Of a stretch of DNA of 64,000 nt, positions 13,501-26,599 are shown piece after piece (the first letter of the stretch is position 1; each line of letters starts with the position of its first letter). The notes under the pieces are model-generated. The model ran no database searches. It saw only the letters and a program-made list of their open reading frames with translations, and had not been told where the DNA came from. Source of the stretch: Antedon mediterranea (Eukaryota; Animalia; Echinodermata); NCBI RefSeq assembly GCF_964355755.1, contig NC_092677.1, positions 17,940,101-18,004,100 on the forward strand, in the 5' to 3' direction. The position numbers and the translations under genes are program-made.

Positions 13501-16500
13501 GCACCAGATGAAGCTGTAGACATGAATAGAATCATTTATAAATGACTACGCATTAGTTAGTTACTTATTGCTTTTGAATGAAATCAGAATATTTTACAAT
13601 TTTAGTAAAAGACTAGTTCTGTCTGTAAATAAATAGAAATAGAAATAACATTTTTCATAAATGAAAATAAAATCTATTCAAAAAGTATATAAAAACAAAC
13701 GAATTGCACAGGTTAACTTTACTAGACCTTCCGTATAGTAATTGCTAAAGTGTCTATAATTACATAATATTTGTCAAAGAGTTGAATAGATAAGATACAT
13801 AATAGAACAAAGTGTTCGGAATAATATTGTACTTGTAGAACAATTGGTTGTTTTTTTTTTAAATTTTGGTTCAATGGATATAACTTGTAGACTAATTAAT
13901 GGAGCAGTTCTCATGTTTTTCTTTACGAAACTACGAATTCCTCTCCGTCCGATTACTGCAACCCGGAGAAGATGTATTGTTACTGCGCTACTTAATAACA
14001 AGTATTCGGTCTATTGATTGTGAGAACCGTAACGAGTACAACAACTAACCACTACAACACGGGTTGTTTTTATTATTGAAATCATCCAATGTCCCTACAC
14101 AAACTTATCACTGCCAACATTGTATTATTAGTCTGTAGTAGTACTCTTGTGAATTTTACCACGTTTTATATTTTGTCTTGGTTACGCTATTGTTTGAGAA
14201 AACTCGTTTTACAGGTGTTAACAATTTAAACAGTAGTTATTGTCTTCTTCGCATCTGTGCATACTTTGGAACATCGCAACACAAATGAATGATCAATCAA
14301 TTGTAATTAATTTTTGTGATATGAAAATCTGAAAAAATACATCGTCAACATTGACAACGATTAGGTCCTACTAGTATACGGCCTAATCAAATATTTTATC
14401 TCATTCGATTATTTAGATAGGTATTGTTAGTGAAATATATTAAATTTAACCAAACTTAGTGTTGTCGGTATGAATAAAGCCGGTTGTGATAATTCGGTAT
14501 CGATTTTGCACGGACAAATGATTATCAATCATGTGTTTAATTGTTTATCAAATCATAATACGTTATTAGGCAAGTATGATCCAGATGTCAATTTATGAGG
14601 ATTTTCACAAAACGACTGTCAATATTCTTGACAAGTGTTTAAATATATTTAGTGAAACAATTGTCACTCCGTTCATCATCGTTTACTCTGAGAAAACACA
14701 AAACAGACACGTTTAATTAAAAATCATTGGATTAGGCCTTCACCAATCGTCAATAATGTTGAGCAAACGATTTACGTTATTTTAATATATTCATTACCGA
14801 TAAAACATTTCGATGTACAAAAAAATTAAATGTTTCATATTTTTATTACCGATGAACGTAACGGTTTTAAACAAAATTAGGCCTTAAAAACAATACGAAA
14901 AAGAAAATTAATGGTGGTTTAAATGTGATTCTTAAATACACAAATATCATATTTAATAATGTTATATTTATTCTTAATAAAAACCATTGTTACAAGATTA
15001 ATTATTGTAGGAATATCACGTGTGCTGCATGATAATGATCTATTCTATTGTCTCAAAAAACCATTCCGCGATAATGTTGATAATGCATTTCCACAGAGGG
15101 CGATATAACAGCATTCGTACACCAATTTCAGTTTGTTAATATTAAATTATAATCTAATACATATTACACTATCTGTAGATGGCGCTATTGTCTTATTTTA
15201 AATCATCAGACACAACCACAGACAAGCTTGTTTTCATACCTCCATTGGATAAGCCTTGTAGTTTACTGTATGCTCCGAGCCTCTTTCGTCATCTTTTCCC
15301 CAGTGAAAACAAAATTCAGTCAGCTCAAAATCATACCCTTCTGGTAACGGACCACCAGTCATGACTAGACAAAATAAAGAAAAAATGTTTCTATATAAAA
15401 CAAGATTACCTAAAGTCTTCAATGAAAGGACACATTTGAGGCGCGTAGCCATATCATTATCAGCAATTATTAAATGTGCTTGTTTGTAAAAACTCTGTAC
15501 CACTATCAGGTTTTGAATGCGCTCGTACCAAATGCCGTACCACTATTATCAGCACCTAAACGGGCTTTTGTTTTCATTGTTGACATAGAATGTGATTTAT
15601 GTTTTCTTCGAATCATACCTGAGCGAGGAAATGTTTCTTCTTTGCCATCACGTGATGTTGATATTGTTGGATCTTTAAAAAAACAATAAAAGCACATTGA
15701 TACCCGTAAAATGATAAAATTAATAAGTAGGCCCTCTTAACAGGCCCTACCGCTCATGTTTGGCGTAGGAGGATTTGAAATAATTTGTTGAATTTATTGA
15801 TGAGATCGAAATCGAATTTCAGTCCCAGTTTGAGAGAATGCATCTTGCATATAATGTCAGGTAACGTCTTTAAAATGTAGGCGCCTTCTATGTATATTTG
15901 TTTTGAGTCTTTACATTTACATACTAAAATACATTTTTATAACTGTACAACGTATAGTCGATGACTTATTAAAATACAACTTTATTAGACCAACAACTTG
16001 TCTCCTCCTCAACATCAGGTCTGTCTTAACCCACGCGGTCTCTCTTTCCCAAAGCGCCCTCTATTATAGGAGACATTCTATTTTCTATGTTTTGGGTTAC
16101 ATTATTTTTTTATGTCATTTTATTTACCGATGGTTTTACTTACCTAATTTGTATCTTAGTGAAATTTGTACTGTATGGCCTGTGTTTGTTATGTCACACT
16201 CTCTGCATAGCATATAATTTGCATCTAATTGATTGTGATTTAAAGATTCGTAGTAGGGAGTGTCACGTGAGTTGATGTTGATCGGCGATTGGCAGTCTCC
16301 ATTTGCTTCTGGGAAATGTAAACCCCATTCAGATGTACCTAATATTAATAAATGTAATAACGGAGTAATTATAGCGATTGATTCTACTTAAAAAATACTT
16401 CGGAGTTTATTAAAGCAGTAGCAGGAATATGTTTGTCTAATTATTAATTGTTTATTTCAGGTTGTTAGTATTCCTTTACCAGCGCCACCAACGGGAGTTG

Positions 16501-18098
16501 GTTGAAAGCCATGTGTGCAAAAATGTTATTTTACAACAAATACGATGTCGAATTGCTGTCTTAACCTAGACTATAGCGGAAACGTAATCCTACCACTTCT
16601 AAAGAGCAAGAGATTGAACGATTTAGCTGATATTTCCTAAAACTGAATCCAACCCTTTAAACAATCTCTCTAAAAACACTCAATAGTTGTACAAGTCGAA
16701 TTCTATACCATTCAGCCAAAGAACTGACTTGCAGAACACAAAATGATGGATTGTTTTACGATAGAAGGATTGGCGATGGAATTAAGTTTATAGTGCTAGG
16801 TGGGATATAGTAATAGGTAATACTAATAGGTCTAGTAAAAGAAGGGGTTGTGATGGTAATTATGGCTATGGGTGGTTGATGGGCGCACAGTGATGATAGG
16901 AGTAATCGAGTGGTGTGATTGTGATAGTAATGCTAACTATGATGTGTTACTGGAAGTAATAGTAATGGTGATGGTAATTAGGGTGATGCGCCCGAGGTGA
17001 TGTTTAAAACAAATCTCAATTGGTTCGGTTCACAATTTATGATTGTACTGATCTTACAATGCATCGTAAATTTTTTAATTACACAATAAAATATTCCATA
17101 TTACTAATCAGTTTATATACATGTTGACCAGAATTGTGGTGATAACGATGGCAACATTTAGATATTTTTAAAGATATTGACTGGAATAGATTACTTTGGT
17201 TATTAATATACCCGCCATGCGCGGTTGACGAATAACTAATTATGGTGTGTAAAACATCACGGTTGTCATAGAAACGCTTCATTATAAATTCATTATATAT
17301 TCAAGTACACCGTAAAATTCAACGAAGCAGACATAAACAACGATCTGTAATTAAGGAATACTGCCTAATTGTCTTTTATTCGTTATCTTTATGAAATAAT
17401 TATTGTTATTTTAAGGAGGGAAAATAAAGGATATTATTTAAAGATATCAGATAATATCAAGCATTGCCATGCCTAATCTTATATAAATTCATGGTATTTA
17501 GCTAATGAAGACAACGTATAAAACATAATAATATAACTATACTACGGCATGGGGTTCATGTGTTTTTTAGTGAACTTTGGTGGTTGTAGATGAAGGTGGA
17601 TGGGTGAATTTTGACGATGGTTGACTGGTGTACACTATAATTGGCTGCCCCCCCTCCCACCTCTAGATTGGTAGACAAACGAAAAACTACAAAATAGTAT
17701 TGTAAAGCAATTAAAAACTGAACGGATGACAAAAAATACAAACGAAGAGAAACCATGGCATTACGAGTATAAATAAAATAAATTAATTTTCAACAGTTGG
17801 GCCTGGAATAATAGGATAGAAACTCCATATGGAATAAACCCCCATATTAATTAAATATATTTCTAAATCCCATATTGCAGACTTAACTCAACAACATTTA
17901 AAGTGAAATCATTCTTATCAGCGTTAGGCTATAATGCGATATTGAACAGCCGGTTCGTGTCACACGTATCGCAGAGAAAAAATCACTTTTGAACTAGACA
18001 GACGTAAGCTTTCTAAAGCTAAATTGTAAGCACATATACATACCGTCATTATGATAAAACCATTCGAGTTCTGTCTCTTCACTCAGTTCTGTCGCCAT
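4293..18098 (-). CDS. CA8: Carbonic anhydrase-related protein VIII (CA8/CARP VIII)-like gene; core exons 18044-18098, 16144-16338, 15240-15364, 13418-13513, 11295-11357, 7340-7391, 5537-5649, 4293-4427 (834 nt, 277 aa)
   Basis: Manual splicing gives a continuous ORF: [43 protein letters not shown]...[14 protein letters not shown]...[50 protein letters not shown]...IGRENAGL...[27 protein letters not shown]...[11 protein letters not shown]...[10 protein letters not shown]...[19 protein letters not shown]. This is collinear with vertebrate CA8 as I recall it, and all junction phases are compatible. Confidence 0.95.
5537..5649 (-). CDS. CA8: CA8-like exon 7
   Basis: attaag|AT...CAG|GTAAGC; [38 protein letters not shown]. 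Confidence 0.96.
5757..5932. repeat. Tandem duplication of about 90 bp (2 copies) in CA8 intron 6
   Basis: taactgtctc..ttttattaggaagaagtcttca..acacaac..acaaaataaaa.ctgcattcaca occurs twice. Confidence 0.85.
7340..7391 (-). CDS. CA8: CA8-like exon 6
   Basis: ttacag|GGA...CCAG|GTAAGG; [17 protein letters not shown]. Confidence 0.92.
11295..11357 (-). CDS. CA8: CA8-like exon 5
   Basis: ttttag|ATT...AAA|GTAAGT; [21 protein letters not shown]. Confidence 0.93.
13418..13513 (-). CDS. CA8: CA8-like exon 4 (followed by a GC-AG intron)
   Basis: ctacag|CTT...CAG|GCAAGT; [32 protein letters not shown]. Confidence 0.94.
15240..15364 (-). CDS. CA8: CA8-like exon 3 (zinc-ligand region)
   Basis: gtctag|TC...GAG|GTATGA; [42 protein letters not shown]. 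Confidence 0.96.
15619..15672 (-). CDS. CA8: Probable additional or cassette CA8 exon (54 nt, phase 1-1, [18 protein letters not shown])
   Basis: Strong acceptor ttttattgtttttttaaag|AT and donor TCAG|GTATGA; length is a multiple of 3, phases match intron 2, no stop codons. Confidence 0.6.
16144..16338 (-). CDS. CA8: CA8-like exon 2
   Basis: tattag|GT...TTAG|GTAAGT; encodes [22 protein letters not shown]...[14 protein letters not shown]. Confidence 0.95.
18044..18098 (-). CDS. CA8: CA8-like exon 1 ([19 protein letters not shown])
   Basis: ATG at 18098, donor G|GTATGT, phase 1; EWFY resembles the CA N-terminal W-x-Y motif. Confidence 0.85.
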
Positions 18099-18163
18099 AT
18101 TTAGAATAAACACAATTTACGTTCGAGATGGGCTTCGCGCAATTAGTTATGCACTGCCGCCGG

Positions 18164-18173
18164 TTATATAAAT
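18164..18173 (-). promoter_or_regulatory. Candidate TATA box of the CA8-like gene
   Basis: TTTATATAA on the minus strand about 70 nt upstream of the ATG, next to a short GC-rich patch. Confidence 0.4.
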
Positions 18174-18838
18174 AATAAGGCAGCGACAGTTCGTATAGGC
18201 TATAGTATTACTTACAGCAATAACAAATGTTCCGTGGATACAAGTAAGATATTAATAAATCGCTGTTCTTTAATAGTACGGCTATTTGTAATGTTGTCTA
18301 TAAAATCAGTGAACAAATGATGAGACTCTAATGAATTGCCTTTAGAATATCATGTCAAATTGTAATGTTAAATAGGCAGATGTAATTAAAATGTCTTTAT
18401 CTGATTGTAAGCAACTAAAAGGTTTTGTCTTTTTAACAAAAGGATTTAATATCGGAGATGAACTACAAAAGATACGGCTCAGTGGCCAACTGTCAATGAC
18501 TCATCTGCGCATGTACATGAGCAACATACATTGATTGCATCCTCTAATTAAAGACTAATTAGAAAAAAAACTACTTACGCGATAATAAAAAGTTAAAGGA
18601 TAACTCCAGATCGAAAAGAAATATGTTGTTTATTATAAAAAACAAATCGTTGCAACCATATAACCCACTTATCTTACCGAAAGTGATGAAGCAGAATGAA
18701 CATCGTGAAAAGTCCCCTTTTCAAGTGATGCTACTTGACTACATGACATGCTACATGTGTTCAAAAAAATTAACCGGTTAAAAATAATATTTAAAACTCA
18801 GCAACATTACGAGAAAGTCCTGGAGAACTTTTAAATTA

Positions 18839-19405
18839 AACAAGGCCATATAGATGGCTGCAGTCGCGTGCTCATTAGTGTTTACCGACCGACCGACCAA
18901 CCTACCAACTGACCGAAATTACTGAACATGTTTAAAAATGTTGAAATGTTTAAAAACATTTATATTTTTAAAATTTACACGTGCGTAGCCTGTAACTTTT
19001 GACGTGCTCGTATAACGTAATTTCGAGTTGAAAAGTAAGTCAAGAAAACAGAAATCGGGCAAAAAGAGTGCGCACTCATGGCAATTTTGTAAATGCTTAA
19101 AATTACCTGAAAATAAATAAATTTTGAAAATTTTAAGCGCGCGTACGCATGCGTTACATGCGCTACGCACGTAACTGTGATTTCGTTAAATCGTGCGTAG
19201 ACCGCGTAATTTTTTATTGCGCACCGTGAAAACATAACCACATCGATTCCTGGCCATAAGGAATATACTGTGAAAAATTGACTTAGCTAGATTAAACTGA
19301 TATCAAGATAAGGTCAGAAAGCGATAAAACGCATAGTGATACCGGACCGACAGACAGACCGACAGACCGACCGACCGACCGACATAGTGAACTATAGAGT
19401 AAAAA
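18839..19405 (-). mobile_element. Helentron-type non-autonomous element, long copy
   Basis: Same termini as the other copies, two (ACCG/ACAG)n tracts and about 400 bp of internal sequence. Confidence 0.72.
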
Positions 19406-21305
19406 AAATATCTACAGGTCACGACACTCGTACTTCAATGCTATTGAAAAAGTTACAAGGGTTTATATTTCATACATCAAACAAAGTCCTAAAACAATAC
19501 AAGATTGTAAACCAAGGCTACACTCTACCGTGGCCTCTTTGTATAATTATTATTCAGGCAAAATAACGAACAATTATATTTCAAGTATTCGTCGTCTTCA
19601 AATTTTGGAGCCACATGACTTTTTTTAAAAGGTAATATTGTGTAATGTGATATTTCCCTTTTGGCCTTTTGTAAAAAAATTCCCAATCCGGTTTTTTTGG
19701 TTGCTACGGATCATTGTTTTGAAGTTTATATCAATTGAAAGATACCGAGATCTATACTACGTTTAAAAATGACACGAAGGCCTAAAACTAAACAAATATA
19801 TCCAGATATACAGTATTATGGTATTACTCAATTTATCCCTCACGCTTGCCTCGCAAAATAAGCCAAACAAGGTTGCCTGAATACGGATGCCATCGTAACT
19901 GTGTTCCTTGTCTACTACAGTACTAGTATTATAAAAAATCTAGGCTTAGGAATTTATACTTACACGTATACACGGACGATTTATCAGGGATTATAATAGG
20001 AAAATCAACGGTACAACTTTCACGCAAAAACCGTTTTTTCCAGGTACACGATTTGCACCAGGCTCTAATGTAGCGTCTCCTTCTCCTCAGAACTTTCTGA
20101 ACATACTTATTTGACTTTTCAATGTTATCTTTTGATAACAAAACAGTATTCGTAACAGAAAACATTGCAACGTCTTAAATGAGCATGCAACAACTGAACT
20201 ACAGTATGTATTCAGAAGAATCGAAGCGCTGGCCGGTGCGAAGATGATTTGCATAATATGCAGGTGAAAAGAAGGAACGGGAATCGAATATAAATAGCTT
20301 GCATAATAACTAACACGGCAGGCCTACTTATGCGACTAATTGTGTTTAAGCAAAATTCCAGTGGCTTTTGTCTACCGGTGTTAAATTGTTTATTATATTA
20401 TTATCATAAACTTGTTAATAATAATGGTTTTATAAAACATTAACCTATGTTTACATTACACATCAATTTTTAAATTTAAATTCAGGTAGTTTATACCACG
20501 GATAAATACACCAATTTTCTTATGATTGTAGTTTAAATCTATCGTCATATATTATGCCTAACTATCATTTTTATTAGCCCTCTTCCAATTTAAAATAAAT
20601 AGGCATGTGAGAAAACCGAAAGTATGATCAATGTAATAAAGCTACATGGGTTTCAAATGTTGATGAAAATGTGCAATTTATTTGAAAATTGTGCATTTCA
20701 CATTTCAAGTAAATCAGAAAGGTGCAGAGAAAACTTTCAACTTATTATTATGAATGTCGCCATCTTTCTATTTATATCGCCAGACCAAGAACCATTGACT
20801 TATATTTCATCCTACATATTTAAAATTACGTTATCAATAATGTATTCATGGAGTGCTTTAGAAAATACAAATATACAGTATAGTAACAGTCAATTTAATG
20901 AACCAATGTTACAGTACGCTCTACTCAACGTTTTTCAGTTTGAGTTAATTTTTTAATTATATAACATTCTCGGTTGACATAATGGATTATTATTCAACAA
21001 TAACATTAATTACTATGGCTCCATAAGTTGTGCCTGTAATAAATTTACCTCGATAATATAAACAAGATCACGCAGGATTATGAGTATTACCGGTACGTCA
21101 TTTGAAATTGTGTTTGTTCAACAGTAATCCCGATCATTGAATATAGCTTGTAGGGACTCGGGACTAAAAAGTAAACATTTGAATCAATGTGGTTAGAGGT
21201 ACAGTGAAAGTGAAAACAATTTACAAGACATTTTAGATCACCTCCATGCTATTTATATTGCAGTGCAGTGCGATGCTGTGAATATGTAAAAGGTTTATCC
21301 ATATA

Positions 21306-21751
21306 CAGTTGAACCTCCCTCCAGTAAGCGGCCAGCTTCTTTAACGGCCGCACTTTCAATTCAATTTATTTCCACAATATTATAACATAATAACACAATG
21401 AAATACTAGTAAACTAAAAAATAGTTATGATTTTTGTAATGATTTTGTCATTTGTATTGATAGGCCGCGGTTTTAAAAACATTTTTTTTGTGAAGAAAAT
21501 TCCTGTGTTTTTTAAATAAATGAAAGGAGAAAACTACACATTTTTTGACCGACCATTTTCATGCATAAAAGCTTTTAACATTTGTCTGAAAATCATAAAT
21601 AATACTAAACCACATGATCATAAAAAATAAAATACAATTAGCTGGATAATTTAGAGGCCCATTGCGTTAAGGACGCTGACAAATTTCGTGCATAGCCATA
21701 ATTCGTGATTTTGGCCCTCCCAACGGTGACCGCTTAGGCGAGATTCAACCG
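21306..21751. mobile_element. Tc1/pogo-type MITE with TA TSD
   Basis: TA|CAGTTGAACCTC...TAAGCGGCCA at the left end versus TGACCGCTTA..GAGATTCAACCG|TA at the right end (imperfect TIR). Confidence 0.72.
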
Positions 21752-24700
21752 TATAATATTTAACAAACAATTATTAACGCCCTCTATAAATAATTATTTT
21801 CACTATTAATAGCGGAGCATAATAGCGGAGTGACGTCAAGAGACACTAACTCCTCTCTGAAACTTCTGTAAGATGGCGGATAAGGCTTTATTTCCTGCAA
21901 TCGTAAGGTTTCGAAATATTTCTGTATTAGGAAAGTACAAATACTTCATTAGGCCAACTGTATCAGAGTACCGCTCCAACTGAAGAGGATGATGTGTAGA
22001 CATACAAGTAAAGTAATTAACTAAAATAACACATGCGTAGGCCTGAACAATAAGTATAATTATCTTTTTTATTATATTTATAATTTACATACAGTATACA
22101 CAATTAGTATCATTGTTGAAAATCATCTTGGGTTACTTTTTTCAATAAGCCGTAACATAAAAAAAAATGCACAATGTAGTACATCTTGCAATTAAACAAT
22201 GCTTCATTGCTTTGATCACGTCATTGGAAATATAGGTTACCTCCGCGCCGCTCGGACTGCTATGACAAGATGGAGCTTATGGCAAAATTGCACAACAGAT
22301 ATTATTCCAGGATATAATGATGCAATCCAGTAAATCCAGCTTTCGTGGTGGAAACTAGGCCTGCTTTGAATAAAACACAAACATGAACGTTATCGTTACG
22401 TTAAACGTTATCGTTACGTTATCAAAAGCTTTCCGTCATCGTAGTTCATTCTCTGATTTGATACCGTTTTCATTCGTTTACTAATTTATATTTCGTATGT
22501 ATGCAGCAATAACAAAAACAGATGGAAAATTATTTTGAAAAGTGTATTTGTGTTGTTATGATAAATATTCATGTTTGATTTCAAAATGACAAAAAAAAAA
22601 GAAGAAAAGACTAGGGTACCGTCCTACACAAGTACTTACTCATGGTTTATTTGTTTATCGAAAGAAAAACTATGGTTTGAGTCTTTTATAAACCATGATA
22701 TTAGAACAGGATGTGTTGGATGGCACCAGGTAGTAGGTTCTGAATCATCATTTCACTCTTTTTTGTCCAAACTAAAACTGTAAAGACTGCCGCCATTGTG
22801 ACCATCAAACAATTCCTCCGTAACGTTCGGTTTCCGATATAGATTGTAGCTAACACATACACACGCACACACGACACTATAAGGCCTACCAGCCAAGAGT
22901 GAGAGCTGGACCTACCGTAAATTATAAAATAAAGGACAACATCGAAGATGTTTATACTGAATATCAACATTTTTCATAGTTCATTTGAATTTCCTAAGAA
23001 ATCAAATCAAAAGAGTGAATATTGACCCTTCGGTGTTAAAACAAATGATACAATAATAATAATAAGGTTCCCAAAAACTACGTACGCATCCAATTAATGG
23101 TAGCGTCGTTCTCGTATAAAAGCTACATCCGGGTTTTAACTACCCTTGAAGATCATACAAATATCCGTTACTTTAATAAAGTAGACTAAAAAAAGAAGAT
23201 GTTGGCGTTACGTATGTTCCATTAGTTATGGCTTAGAAAAATATGCATCCGGGTTTAATATTAGTAAATTAATAGAGTATGCATCTTTACTGAGCTTGTA
23301 CATGGTATACAATATAAATTGTGTATTGAATATAACGTGACGTAACGAGTTTAAACAGATTAATGTTGGAGAAGGGGATGACGTCGGTGCAAACGACCCC
23401 GTGTACAGTCTTTTAACACTCGTTACTTCTGTATGGTAATTTATTTTGTTTGCTTGGTATATAAATATATATACAGCAAAACTGGACTGAAACAAAACAC
23501 TCCATACATCTATTTTATCGACTCTTTTTGTCGAACAGCCAACATACTAAGAATCATAAACTAGGACCAGACACCTGGGTAACCCTTACTCTTCCCGAAG
23601 ACGTATGGAGCGGGTATCAGGGTCTCCTTGTTTGTTTTTCTCCAGACTTGTTCTATTATCATAATAAATGGCTGAGGGATTCTTTACCCTGTGCCGATTT
23701 TATGGTTAGGGTTTGTTGTGCCCATGACTTACCGCTCAGTCTCTTGATTTATAAATTGCTGGTAGGTTGTTAAAGCTGTTTGTAACTATTTTGAGTTGTC
23801 TTTTTGCTTCCGATGATGCTCCTCCATCACATTGCACCATACCACGGAAATCTTATGATGATACCTGACATAATCAATCACCACTCTGTGTCATAATTAT
23901 CCCCACAAAAATCACGTCACCAACTTATTGGATACGTCACACGGAAATACGTAGTTAACCCTTTAAATTCTAAATTTAAATTCTGATCACCTTTCAGACC
24001 CATGATAAAGCATTATTAGGCATCTAAGGTGCCACAAGTCGCTTGGCCTACACTTAATTTGAACCGTGGTATTAGTTACCTGACAAGAAGGTTAATCAAA
24101 CCGCCGATAACAAATTGATTTGATAACTGCTCAGAAACGCGTCAAAGGCTTGTTCCAGGAATGTTAACGCGTGTCGACACGGTGCGTTCTAGGCCAAGCA
24201 CACCCATCCATCTCATATTCTGAAGTAATACCGCCATTGGCCAATTAGGTGGATAATATTGAATACAATTATTTCCCTGACACATATTAAAGTACCAGGT
24301 AAGGCAATACGATAACGTTACGCTAGTGGATGGGTCGTAATTATTGTTCCCATTCTGAATTTCATTGTAGAAAATTCTACGAATGCAATTGGCATAGCTA
24401 ACAACTTAAAATAAACGATGCACAAAGCAAAAGAAATATTTAGTCCTACGCTGATGAAGTTTAAAGAGTGAAGCTGAGATTTAAATCGATTGACGGTGGC
24501 GCATGTTCTGGTTCACAGTGTGTCATCTGATAGATCGGAATAGTCGATGATGTTAACGTGCTTATCAAATGTCACATTCCTGTTATAGATAAACTTTATC
24601 ATTCAAGTAATCGAGAAACAACGACAGTTAACAAAACATACAGGTGACAGGTACACATCATTCATTATCTTTAATCATTCAGGTTTTACTTCCTATACAA

Positions 24701-25012
24701 AACGTTAGAGCCCTTATTGTCTGCTCTTCCTTGCGATGATTTTTGGAAGCGTACGGTAGTTTAGCCGCAAAGTAATTGGGACCTGGATGTTCTATCTTCT
24801 GCATTGGGAGTTTCTTAGGTTTAATTGTTGTTGGTGATTAACTCTCGTCGTCAGGAGTGGTTTGAAACTGTTGTCTGAAAATGAATACTTACTAGGCCCG
24901 TACGATGAGTGGATTGTATCAAACTCTATTGTCAATTATTTTTCTAGAGCACACAGCGTGCCTGGAATATACGTGGAGTACTATTATTACCATGCCAGTA
25001 GAGTTTTCTATA

Positions 25013-25139
25013 AACAAGGCCATATGCATGACTGCAGTCGCGTTCTCAAATTTGAGTTAGTGTTTACCGACTGACCATCCGACCAACCGACCGACCGACA
25101 TAGTGAGCTGTAGAGTCGCGTGCAAAACGCGACTAAAAA
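25013..25139 (-). mobile_element. Helentron-type non-autonomous element, most complete short copy
   Basis: Terminal hairpin AGTCGCGT-GCAAA-ACGCGACT, subterminal repeat AGTCGCGT, (ACCG)n microsatellite and a small stem-loop at the other end. Confidence 0.75.
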
Positions 25140-26599
25140 CGGATCATGCCGGCATCGTGCCGGCATCAACCACACCTGATCAACACTAGTAAATTACTAG
25201 GAATATTCCCCGCAGTGCGAAACGAGCAATCTGTGAGAACGAAAGCCGTTATATCCCCGTCTTGTACAGTCAAGTGTAAGGAACGCTTTTCTTTGCACGT
25301 ATTGTTTCCACACAATTCGAGAAGTAGGCCCACGTGTATGTATGCTTCAATTGTTTTAAAACTTTCCACGCTAAAATCGTCAAAGGTAGTAAAAAGCAAG
25401 TGATGAAGATAGGGTGCATATCATATATTGCATAAACAAACAATAAAAAAGACCACAATGAATCTTTAGAATTGAATTCGTCACCATAATTACCAGGAAC
25501 GCCGTAAACATAAACAATAAAGGGCGCCCTCAACAAATCGTATTTTAACGGATACTTTTATAGGCCGGATATACCTCGACCTAGTCTGGGTTCCAGGCGG
25601 AATTTTGAGGAAAAAGATAAATATTTTGGCACATATGGCGTTTCATACTTATACTACTTGAGCTCGATTTCAGGTTCAGGCAAACATCGAACTAATATAT
25701 AATATAACTACAGACTTGGGGCAAGTCTGACCTCGACTAGTTATAATCCTGGCACGATAGTGAAGAGTGAATGTCCAGGGAAGAGTGAAATTACTTACAT
25801 TTTACAATTTCACTCTTCCCTGGTATGCCGGTAACGATGCAGGCACGATACAGGTAGGCCTATTTATACAGGAACAGGCTGGCACGTCTGTGAGAAAAGG
25901 GCTTAGGTAGAACAACTGAAAGAAGTAGAAGTTCAGTCGGATATACAACGGTCGTTTACTGACTTTAACGACAACCAAGCGACGAGAAGAACGGAAAAGA
26001 CAAAAAAGGAAAAAAAACACCGCACTTGATAATTACTTATTACATAATTATATATAGTATATAAAGATTTATTGGTTGTGTATTCTATAAAGGGAAGCAA
26101 TGCATAACAATCCAGATACCAGATATGTCAATAAAAAAGAAGTGATGATATTTCAAAAATATTTGAAAAAAACAACAAACATCAAATGACGTCAAGTCTC
26201 CTGATAATGCATTTTATTTCTTTTTCGGGAAGGAGTATTTCGATAAATGAAAATACCTAATTAAATAGCAAAAGATCTTGCTGTATTTGACTCCAGTGAT
26301 AAACGGACTTTACTAAGTCTCTTTCATCATATAAGATGTTACTAATAAATCCCCATAAAATGATTAATTATTAGAAAACTTTATAATGTCAGAATGAACA
26401 ACCTATCACGCTTAATTACATACCAACATATATTAATGTATTAAAAACATAATAATTTGAACTGGACACAAGTACACACCATTTGTAGGTTGGTAGCTTA
26501 AGAGTGGATAAACTGACATTGGCCATTCTTTTTCGTATAATAAATTGAATACTCCACCAGAAGAGGAGTGTGGTATAATAGTTTATGGCTATGGTTAAC

